Notes under the pieces: generated by a model
What the model was told of the DNA's origin: nothing
The model's input: only the letters and a program-made list of their open reading frames with translations
The model's database searches: none
Program-made: the position numbers and the translations under genes
Source: Octopus vulgaris
Taxonomy: Eukaryota
Assembly: GCA_951406725.2 (NCBI GenBank)
Contig: OX597831.1
Coordinates: 29,264,001-29,328,000, forward strand
Direction of reading: 5' to 3'
DNA length: 64,000 bases
Part shown: positions 53,221 to 64,000 of the stretch, piece after piece
Layout of the letters: each line of letters begins with the position of its first letter
Position numbering within the stretch: position 1 is the first letter of the stretch

Positions 53221-54477
53221 CGACGGACGTTCAATAAGTAATGCCTCTGACCCACTTGCAGTTGTTTGATCTCTATAGAGTAAGTGGCAAATTACAGCAC
53301 TGAATTAATTCTGGTTTCTGATTTACAGATGTTTGAACCGAGTCAAGTGTTAAATGGAGCCTGTTGAGTGTCGAGCAGTGATCCGGTTTTTGTATTTGAA
53401 AGGACGCATACCACGGGAGACTTTTGATGAAATGAAAGTAACTTATGGTGATGATACCCCATCATATGACCTTGTAAAACGCTGGCATCGTGAATTCAAA
53501 CATGGTCGGAACTCTGTGGAAACAGCTCCCAGATCTGGTCGCCCCCTTCTGCCATTGATGAGGCATCTGTCCGTCAAGTTGAGGCTGCCATTTTGGAAGA
53601 TCGACGCATAACTATTCGCCAAATAGCCCATGAGGTCAAGATTAGTACCGGGTCTGTGGAAACTATCATTCATGACCATTTGCATATGCAAAAGGTATCT
53701 GCCAGATGGATTCCCAGGTTGCTCCCGCCGTTCCAGAAGCAAGAACGCGTCGAGTACTCGAGGGTGAATTTGGAGAGGTGCCAAGAAGATGAGTCAAAAT
53801 TTTTCAAAAGACTGATTACACAGGATGAAACCTGGGTCCATCACGATGATCCAGAGACCAAAGCCCAGTCAATGCAGTGGAAGCACCGTGACTCACCTCC
53901 TCCAAAGAAGTCAAGGGTGCAGCCCTCCGCTGGCAAGGTCATGCTCACAGTCTTCTGGGACCAGGACGGAGTTGTGATGACAGATTTCCTGGCAAAGGGT
54001 ACCACAATTGCAGGAGCCTATTATGCTTCACTTTTGAGGAAATTAAGAGAAGTTATCAAAATCAAGAGGCGGGGCAAGATCAGCAAAGGCATCCTCCTCC
54101 TGCAGGACAACGCTCCGGTCCACAACTCGCTTGTCGCCAGATCAGAAGCACAGGTGTATGGCTATGAACTCCTCCCCCATCCCCCTACTTTCCTGACCTT
54201 GCACCCTCTGATTTACACCTCTTCCCAGTCATGAAGTTGTTTTTGAAAGGAAAGCGTTTCCCAGATGATGCAGCCTTGATTTCTGAAGTCGCGTTCAGGT
54301 TGGAGGACCAAGCTGGGGTCTTCTATAAAAACGGTCTCCAGAGCTGCATCAAACAATGGGAGAAATGCGTAACTCTGGGTGGTTCCTATGTAGAAAAAGA
54401 CTAATAACTGTGCCAAGTTTCGTTGCTCTACTGCTATGGGAAGTGGGTCAGGGGCATTACTTATTGAACGCCCCTCG
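53221..54477 (+). mobile_element. Full-length mariner (DD34D) transposon, 1257 bp, probably irritans-like
   Basis: 37-bp TIRs (34/37 identical) CGA(C/G)GG(A/G)CGTTCAATAAGTAATGCC(T/C)CTGACCCACTT with TA on both flanks. Confidence 0.95.
53354..54404 (+). pseudogene. Mariner transposase with two -1 frameshifts
   Basis: MEPVECRAVIRFL...RSGRP; WIPRLL (WVPHEL-like); TQDETW; LQDNAP; HPP-YFPDLAPSD (D34D); ends WEKCVTLGGSYVEKD*. Frameshifts fall in C-runs near 53545 and 54185. Confidence 0.93.
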
Positions 54478-55004
54478 TATGTAGCAGTATATGTATGTAT
54501 GCATGCATGCAAGCATGTACATGTATGTCACGAAAATATATGTACGTATGTATGTTATTATTTAGTCTATTTCTTGACTTCTTGCGAAAGGAGAAAGAGC
54601 CGGTTTCTGACCAAGTTTCAAGGCGCCTTCATTGGAATTTTAAGCAACATTAACTCTGCAGTAGCTCTGCAGGTATATTTGTATATGTACAAATGGTTTT
54701 AATCAGCGCATGTGCAGATTTAGACTCGTTATTTTATGTATGTATACTCACGCACATAATTGCATGTCTAGATACGTACATATGTACTTATAAGCTAAAC
54801 TTTTACTACATTATAACAGTTCTATTGATCGCTTGTAAATTTCTAAATGGCTTTCACGTTTCCGGTTTTGATAAACCTAATTTCTCAGTGGTGTTTCATA
54901 TCTTAATGTACCGATAAATGTGGGTATACATTTGAACTTGTAATCCGGGTTGAGTAGCTTTAAGCTTTTCAACTGATCGTTTAGAGTTATACTCTCTCTC
55001 TCTC

Positions 55005-55236
55005 TTTACTCTTTTACTTGTTTCAGTCATTTGACCGCGGCCATGCTGGAGCACCGCCTTTAGTCGAGCAAATCGACCCCAGGGCTTATTCTTTGTAAGC
55101 CTAGTACTAATTCTATCGCCGGACCGCTCTTTTGCCGAACCGCTACGTCACGGGGATGTAAACACACCAGCATCAGTTGTCAAGCGATGTTGGGGCGGAA
55201 GTGGGGGGTGGACACAGACACACAAAGATATACACG

Positions 55237-55299
<63 letters not shown>

Positions 55300-55467
55300 G
55301 TACGACGGGCTTCTTTCAGTTTCCGTCTACCAAATCCACTCACAAGGCTTTGGTCGGCACGAGGCTATAGTAGAAGATATTTACTCAAGGTGCCACGCAG
55401 TTGGACTGAGACCGGACCGATATGGTCCGTAAGCAAAGCTACTTACTACACACCCACTCCTACGCCT
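55005..55467 (-). mobile_element. SINE family A
   Basis: Full body with internal (TA)n. Confidence 0.85.
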
Positions 55468-55500
55468 GTAACTGATTTCCACTACTATACATGTATGTAC

Positions 55501-55800
55501 GAAGGTGCATGGCTCAGTGGCCAAGCGTTCGGGCTCACAATTATGAGGTAGTGTGTTCTTGAGCAAGACCCTTTATTTCATGTTGCTCCATTTCACTCAG
55601 CTGTAGAAATGAGCTGCGATATAAATGGTGCCAAGCTGTATCAGCCTGGTCATTTCTCTTGGATAAAATTGGTGGTATGGAGAGGGGAGGCTGGTATGCA
55701 TGGGCGACTGCTGGTCTTCCATAAATGACCTTGCCCGGAGTTGTGCCTCGGTGGGTAACTTTCTAGGTGCAATCCCATGGTCATTCATGACCGAAGAGGG
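55501..55800 (+). mobile_element. SINE family C (tail type 3), B box deleted
   Basis: Colinear with 33080-33410. Confidence 0.8.
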
Positions 55801-55902
55801 TCATTACTCTCTACTCTGTACCCTTTATAAGTATGTATGTATGTATGTATGTATGTATGTATGTATGTATGTATGTATTATGTATGTATGTATGTATGTA
55901 TG

Positions 55903-55933
<31 letters not shown>

Positions 55934-55965
55934 CTTTGTACATCTCTCTTTAAATATATATATAG

Positions 55966-55999
<34 letters not shown>

Positions 56000-56172
56000 A
56001 TAAATACATACATATACATATATATATGTATGCATATATACATGAGTATCTGTACACATGTATATATGTATGTATTCATATATGTATACATACATATATG
56101 TGTGTGTGAGTGTACGTGTGTATCTGTGCATGTGTATGTATATGTGTGTATATATATGTGTCTGTGTGTCTG

Positions 56173-56227
<55 letters not shown>

Positions 56228-56522
56228 GTATATACACAGGATGTTCATAAAATAAATGGAGTGGCGCCAGTAAAGGTGATTAATTGATAATTTAATTAGA
56301 AATAAGAGTTAAAGTTCGTTAAGGGAAACATTTTCGACTCAATAAATTATCTCCCTTGACGTCTCGTTTTGTGATTAAACTGCAATAGAGGAGGAACGCA
56401 TATTGACACGCATGAATACGATGCGTTTTATATTTGTTCGGGTTGTATGTAGCTAAGTGTATGTGTGTTTAAATACGAAGACACACGCACACACAAGCAC
56501 AAGCTCTCTCTCTCTCTTTATA

Positions 56523-56635
<113 letters not shown>

Positions 56636-56839
56636 AAGGTGAAAAAGGTGAAAAATTGGATATTAATTTGATAATATCAATTCAACACCAGTGATCTAGC
56701 ATATTAAAAAAACTGAGGTTCAGTAAATAGTATTACATAAATATAAGAGGGAATTACCACTATGTGGAAACCCTTATGCTAGAAGAACATCCGCCATGGT
56801 CTTACCACTAAGAATTGTTCTCTAGAAAATTTAGCAAAC

Positions 56840-57198
56840 ACTAGAAACGTAAATGAGCAAGACAAATGAAAAGTAACAAAAATATAGATTAATCATAAAC
56901 AATGTTTCACTGCAGTAAATTATTTTATGCAGTATTATTTCCGGTAATTTAGCGCGCCAAAACGAAGACTTCTGAAAAATAACCACCAGTGTAATAGATA
57001 GAACTGCATGCATATTCGACCTCGTGTTAATATCCGGTGTGTAGTTCTGCAAATTGTATTTGTATGGACGATCACACTGAAGATCTACAGATAAATTGTG
57101 TAAGTAACTTTACGTAATTTGTTGATAGTGAAAAATTTGTTTATGATTAATCTATATTTTGTTACTTTTCATTTGTCTTGCTCGTTTACGTTTCTGGT
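56840..57198. mobile_element. MITE-like element with ~70-bp imperfect inverted arms; the right arm plus flank is re-duplicated at 57257-57330
   Basis: AC(T/C)AGAAACGTAAA(T/C)GAGCAAGACAAATGAAAAGTAACAAAATATAGATTAATCATAAACAA at 56840 and in reverse complement at 57127-57198. No clear TSD. Confidence 0.75.
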
Positions 57199-57743
57199 AA
57201 TGTACATACCTACATATATATGTACATACCTACATATATATGAATATATACATGCATATGATTAATCTATATTTTGTTACTTTTCATTTGTCTTGCTCGT
57301 TTACGTTTCTGGTAATGTACATACCTACATGACATCAAAAAACGTAGTGTTGCTGGTTGCTGGGTCTTCCAGAACGTTCGTCACGATCGACATTTTTTCG
57401 GCCATGTTGGAAACGTCTGAATCACTCGTACGCATGTGTGCGACTCATACACTCCTCACCTTACACTTTCTGCAACTTTGCGCAGGCCTCTGACCAGGTA
57501 TCGCCATGACAACCCTCCTTGTCATGGTCAATGAGACGATTACACGCTACACACGTACCTGCCAAGCACTTCTGTAAACAGCGGTAGTGAGCTAGAACGT
57601 TAACACTTAGTGCGCATGCACAGTAGAGTTTAAAGCCAATCTTTGGCCAGCGGCTTCACACTGCGTACTTTAGCTTCGTTACTATGGCAACTATTCGGAT
57701 ATTCATTGATCAGACCTCGTATATATATATGTATATGCATATG

Positions 57744-57802
<59 letters not shown>

Positions 57803-57811
57803 ATGTGTATA

Positions 57812-57884
<73 letters not shown>

Positions 57885-57895
57885 TATATATGTAT

Positions 57896-57967
<72 letters not shown>

Positions 57968-58052
57968 CTATACCTCCTATATATATATATATATAATAAC
58001 TATACCTCCACTTTATTCAGTTTGTTGATTTCTTCAGTTTCACTTCGAAACG

Positions 58053-58147
58053 GCAGATGAACTCTGATGAAACTCCACCGACCATGACACCAAGTTGCTT
58101 ATCCAAAAGTATGCAGTCGCTGAAGTTGAAACACGTGTAGGTCCTGT
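58053..58147 (+). ncRNA. Type I hammerhead motif with a long stem II (family P2)
   Basis: CTGATGA-AACTCCA.CGAC...GTCG.TGAAGTT-GAAA-CACGTG-TA|GGTCCTG, with palindromic stem III ACACGTGT. Stem I is imperfect. Confidence 0.6.
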
Positions 58148-58225
58148 AAAGATTATGAAAATAATTGTTAAATCAAATTATGGATGTGAAAAAATAAAAA
58201 TCCCCGTTCTCCTCACTATAATATA

Positions 58226-58442
58226 AGGCGGTGAGCTGGCAGAATCCTTAGCCCGCCGGGCATAAAGCTTAATGGTATTTCGTCAGTCTTTACGTTTTGA
58301 GTTCAAATTCCGCCGAGGTCGACTTTGCATTTCATCATTTCGGGGTCGATAAATTAAGTACCAGTTACGCACCGGGGTCGGTGTAATCGACTAGTCCCCC
58401 TCCCCACAAATTTGAGGCCTTGTGCCTCCAGTAGAAAGGATT
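58226..58442 (+). mobile_element. SINE family B monomer
   Basis: Head GGCGGTGAGCTGGCAGAATC and core. Confidence 0.85.
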
Positions 58443-59806
58443 ATTAATGCTGTGTGTGTGTATGTGTGTATATATATATATATGTGTGTGTGTGTGTGAT
58501 TGTTTGTTCCCCACCAACGCCTAACCTGTGGTGGGGCGAACAAACTATATACTATCCGTTCGGCAATGAGATCGGCTGAAAAAAAAGGAAAATACAGAAA
58601 AGTACTGGGATCAATTTGTTCGACTAAATCATTCAAAGGCTGCCCCAGCATGGCTGTAGTCCAATGACTGAAACAAGTAAAAGGTAAAAAAATATAAGAT
58701 AAAAAGGGTCTCCTTTGTAAAATTCGCCGGTGGTTGCTTCCGTTTCGAGTCATTTCTTTGCAGTTTCAAATGATATTGGCAATATGGTTATGGACTGAAA
58801 CCGTTGGTACCACCGTCACTTAGAGTACCACAGAAACCAGTACCAGGACCATCAACACCATAAGCACCTTCGTCATCATCAACATCATCATCATTACCAC
58901 CACCACTACCACCACTACTGTAAATAATACAGGTATCACTGCTGCTGCTAAGACCACCACCACCACTACCACCACTGACAATGATATCACTAACACCACA
59001 CAACACCACGACACAACCACTACCACCACCACCATCACCAATACTAACACCTCACCTATACCGTCATCACCACTACCACTATTACCACCATCATGAACAC
59101 GAAGAACACCAGCAGTACCACCACCACCACCGCCGCCACCACTACCACCACCACCACCATCACCATCACCAACACCACCACTACCAACACCTCACCTACA
59201 CCGTCATCACCACTAACACTATTACTACCATCATCAACACGAAGATCACCACCAGTACCACCACCACCACCGCCACCATCACCACACCTGCTTTCACTAC
59301 CACTACGACCACCATCACCATCACCATCACCATCACCATCACCACATCTACTATAACCACCACTACGAGCGCCTCCTTCAGTTCTAAATTGAAGCATTCT
59401 GAATGAACCAACAAACCAGCCAGCCAACAAGACAACCAATACACCGACACACAGACAGACTGGTATAGCTTCACAAAGGAAACGAGATATGTAAGCAAAT
59501 ACGCCCGACTACACACGCACACTCACACGCATACGCACACACACACGCACATGCACGTACACGTACACGCACATACACACACACACATACACGCACGCAC
59601 ACACTCGCACATAGACAAATAGGCACACATTGTAACACATACACGCATACACACACATATATACGTACATGCACATATATCACACACACACATATATATA
59701 CACACACATATACATATATATATATGTATACGCATATACACACACACATATACGTACACGCGCATATATCACACACATATATACGCACATATATATATTT
59801 AAAATT

Positions 59807-59863
<57 letters not shown>

Positions 59864-59882
59864 ATGAGTATTTATATACATG

Positions 59883-59979
<97 letters not shown>

Positions 59980-60160
59980 GTATATATATATATATAAGTA
60001 CACGTACATATATCACACACATATATGCACGCAAACACACAGTCAGCCCGAACCAACATTCAGTCATACTAACAATCGTGTACAGAGATCCCCAGAGAAT
60101 TATACAAGTCCACACACGCATATAAATGCATCTGTAAATATACATATATACATATTATTA

Positions 60161-60232
<72 letters not shown>

Positions 60233-60414
60233 CATATATATATATATATATGTATATATGTATAGCTATATATAAATAGCCCCACACCCCCAGTGGCTAG
60301 CCACATTCAGATGGCTAGTACACTTTACGTTGTCGAGCGGTTACTGTTTATATCTCGTTCAGAGATTTTATTAATGCTTATATATAAATATATACACATA
60401 TATATACATACATA

Positions 60415-60690
60415 TACATGCAGGAGTGGCTGTGTAGTAAGTAGCTTGTTTACCAACCACATGGTTCCGAGTACATTCCCACTGCATGGCTCCTTGGGCA
60501 AGTGTCTTCTACTATAGCCTCGGGCCGACCAAAGCCGTGTGAGTGGATTTGGTAGGCGGAAACTGAAAGAAGTTCGTCGTATATATGTATATATATATAT
60601 ATGCGTGTGTGTGTTTCTGTGTTTGTGTGTCTCTGTTTGTCCCCCTAGCATTGCCTAACAACCGATGCTGGTGTGGTTATGTCCCCGTTA
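60415..60690 (+). mobile_element. SINE family A, 3'-truncated
   Basis: Head and body run into (TATC)n. Confidence 0.8.
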
Positions 60691-60748
<58 letters not shown>

Positions 60749-60921
60749 GTATATCTATACATACATACATGCATACATATATACATATATGCTACCCGAC
60801 ATACATAAAGTGCGAACATATCTGGACTACTTCAATGAAAAAGACCGTCCACTGGAGCGAATATTTTCTCTAAACTAGCGACACCAGTTCCAAAACATAC
60901 TACCAGCTACTTACTACTCTT

Positions 60922-61074
<153 letters not shown>

Positions 61075-61746
61075 ATACATATATGTGTGTATGTATATAT
61101 GTGTGTGTGTGTGTGTATAAAAAGTATAACACTAAGTATGATGTATTTATGAGGTCATGCTTTTCTCTCGAGAGACAGTGAGACGTGGGAAAGCGGAGGA
61201 GAACGGAGAGCGCGAGAAAGAGAGAGACGGAGAGACGGTGAGATAGTGGAGAAAGAAGGCAAGAAGGTGAGGAAGAGAGGGAAGTAAAGGTGTGTGTGTG
61301 TGTGTTTGAGTGGGTGTGTATGTATGTGTGGGAGGTTTGTGTGCGTGTGTGTGTTTGTGGGTGCAGTGTCATTATTATTACAAAACTCCAACAGGTGTAC
61401 CATCTTCATTCATATCACCTGTTGCTAGGTTCTCACAGTCGGGTAGGTAGGTATTTAGAGTCTTGTAGTGCCACCTACTGACTACCTGACTGTCAGTCCA
61501 TTATATTATATGTTGTGGTTGATGCAGATGTTTATTTATTTAAATCGATACCTGTAGGCGTCACTTCAATTTTATCGACGACCCCAGAAGGATGAAAAAT
61601 AAAAAAGGACATGAGAAGAAGGTAACGTAGGACTCCTTTGATCTCATCGATAAAACGATAAAATATTGCTTCGTATCTGATGCTCTGATAATTTCATCAA
61701 CCTATATACGCCGTTAGTCACCGAACTTTCTAGATTTAGTTATTTA

Positions 61747-61960
61747 CTAGCAGTATCGCTCGGGGTTGCTCGGGTTTGTTTCGACCCTTTAGAATTGGAA
61801 TTTTTGAAAAGTAAAAACTTTTGCATTATGTAGCTTGTTATTCTCTAGTTAAGTGAACACTTTTCTGGTTGAAATACACCGAAAAATGGCGACACAGCAG
61901 TCAAAAAATCGTAAAAAATAGGGATTTTCATAGAAAAAAGCACCTTTTTGATGTAGATAA
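61747..61960 (-). mobile_element. Probable non-autonomous Helitron 3' end
   Basis: The - strand ends ...CCCGAGCAACCCCGAGCGATACTG-CTAG|T, i.e. a degenerate GC-rich subterminal hairpin followed by CTAG-T. Confidence 0.5.
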
Positions 61961-61989
61961 ACTCGAGTCCGTGTGTATCATAAGTTGAA

Positions 61990-62141
61990 GACGGGAAGGA
62001 TGACTTCCCTTTGCAAATACTGACAGGACACAGAAAGTGTGTCTATGGCCAGCTGGAGGAGTGTGTCCTCCTGGGGCTAAAAACTACAGTAGCATCCACC
62101 CTTAGGGGTTAGCCATATTGAAATGGCAAAAATACGTCACT
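61990..62141 (+). mobile_element. Family H 3' portion (hammerhead absent), running into (TA)n
   Basis: Reverse complement aligns to 40623-40740 and 43857-43990; hairpin GCCAT(ATTGAA)ATGGC. Confidence 0.6.
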
Positions 62142-62169
62142 ATATATATATATATATACACACACACAT

Positions 62170-63077
62170 AAGGATGTTTGAAAATATTTGATATCATTTC
62201 GCAATCAAATAACTTTGTCACTTCTTGTTCAAATGACTTCAAATTTTAACAGTATGTGTAGAAACAGGTCAAAATTGTATGTTTAATGTTTGATATGTTT
62301 ATCTTTTCGGGTATAGAAATAGCGTTCAGTGGAAGAGAAAAGGCGTTTTGTGTGTTGGCGTATGCTCGAACACAGTCGAACAAGACTGTGCAGCGTGCAT
62401 TTGTGAGATGGCTCTCTAAGAAGTCACCAACGGCAATGCAGATTTGGACATGGCGCAAAACATTCAAATAGGAAGGCTGTCTGTGCAGGGCAAAAGGATC
62501 TTGACGATCAACATCGGAAGAGACAGTCGAGCGGGTTCGTCAAATACTCTAGCGAAGTCCCAAGAAGTCTGGAAACCCAGATTCCTCCATCGACAGTTTG
62601 GCGCGTCCTGAGGAAACGCTTGCTAATGAAACCCTACAAACTGCAGCTCCTTCAGGCCATTACGGCGAATGACAAGCGAAAGAACAAACAATTCTGTGAT
62701 GATATACAAAAGACTTTGAAGAAACCGAGTTCAAGGAACTTCTTGTTTTCAATGATAAGGCCACATTTCATACGAATGGCAAAGTCAATAATCATGATGT
62801 TCGCATTTGGGGCGAAGAAAATCCGCATGCCACAATATAACATGAGAAGGACTCACCAAAAGTGAATGTGCTCTACGCCATCTCCAAGAAACATCTTCAT
62901 GGCCCGTTTTTGTGAAATCGTTCATGGAATCCACATACCTTTGAATTTCTCATTCAAATTTTGGGGAATAAATCTTATGTTGCTCAACATTAAGCCTGTT
63001 CAGTTTAATTTGTTTTGACCATGTAATTTCTGTGATATTTACATCTCAAATGATAACAAATTTTTTGAAACACCCTG
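62170..63077 (+). mobile_element. Decayed Tc1/mariner-superfamily transposon with a DUF4817-type HTH (rosa/DD41D-like), 3' part deleted
   Basis: Imperfect TIRs CAGGGTGTTTCAAAAAATTTG.TATCATTT with TA on the right flank. Translates EKAFCVLAYARTQSNKTVQRAF and, frameshifted, DKATFHTNGKVNNHDVRIWGEENPHAT...DSPKVNV...HGPF. Confidence 0.8.
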
Positions 63078-63284
63078 TATATATATATCATACACACACA
63101 CGCGCGCGTACACACATCTTATTGCGAAATGCTCGTAGGTACTCGAGTTCTTAGAATTGTTTAGAATAATTTTTATAGCTTATTTTTATTGTTTCTGTAG
63201 GATTTTTATTTAGTAACTCACTCTGCATGTATGACTCAGTGTCTGTGAATCTAGTTCTACTTTATACAATAATCTATCTATCTG

Positions 63285-63469
<185 letters not shown>

Positions 63470-63796
63470 GTACGCATATCTACATATGCACATTTATACA
63501 TGTTTTCCGATTCACATATTTACACTCACTCACTCACTCATTCACTCACTCACTCACTCGCTCACTCATTCACTCACTCGCTCACTCACTCACTCACTCA
63601 CTCACTCACTCATGTGTTTATTTACCGACTCTTGCAATTCACACAGTTCGAAATATGATTTCGAATGTTGCATGTCTCCTGGGAAATATGATCGACGGAT
63701 TCTATACAGATTCTAGTCATACATACATGCACGCATACATATAAACGTGTATACTCACATACACAGAAATATACTTTCATATATATACAATAATGT

Positions 63797-64000
63797 GGAG
63801 GCGCGTGGCTTAGTGGTTAGGGTGTCAGCACCATGATCGTTAGATTGTGGTTTCGATTCCTGGACCGGGGGCGACGCGTTGTGTTCTTGAGCAAAAACAC
63901 TTCATTTCCCGTTGCTCCAGTCCACTCAGCTGTCAAAAATGAGTAACGCTGTGAGGGACTGGCGCCCCGTCCAGCTGGGGAACACATACGCCATAGAAAC
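63797..64000 (+). mobile_element. SINE family C (tail type 5), runs off the window end
   Basis: GGAGGCGCGTGGCTTAGTGGTTAGG (A box), GGTTTCGATTCC (B box), TTCTTGAGCAAAA.CACTTCATTTC core. Confidence 0.85.

Noticed and set aside
63797-63870. tRNA genes at SINE heads (also ~3745-3818, 14415-14487 and family A/B heads)
   Set aside because: A and B boxes are present, but there is no complete cloverleaf or acceptor stem and each continues into a SINE body.

Overview
AT-rich animal intergenic or intronic DNA saturated with microsatellites ((TA)n, (CA)n, (TATG)n, (TATC)n, (TAA)n, (GAA)n, (CAC)n) and dozens of tRNA-headed SINE copies. This repeat landscape best fits an octopus (coleoid cephalopod) genome, which is an inference. 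I could support no host protein-coding exon, and almost all ORF-track entries are microsatellite or SINE artefacts. The real coding relics all belong to transposons: a near-complete DD34D mariner (53221-54477), two deleted mariner derivatives, a DUF4817-type Tc1/mariner-superfamily relic, a Penelope-like RT plus GIY-YIG relic, an R4/Dong-like relic inside a (TAA)n tract, and RTE-type LINE fragments. The most interesting signal is non-coding. At least seven type I hammerhead-ribozyme motifs occur in three distinct short (TA)n-associated repeat families, and one family shows stem covariation and a compensatory U3-A8 core pair. There is also a ~550-nt, hairpin-dense, (ATGT)n-associated non-coding retroposon. 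All folds and alignments were done by eye, and coordinates of decayed repeats are approximate.
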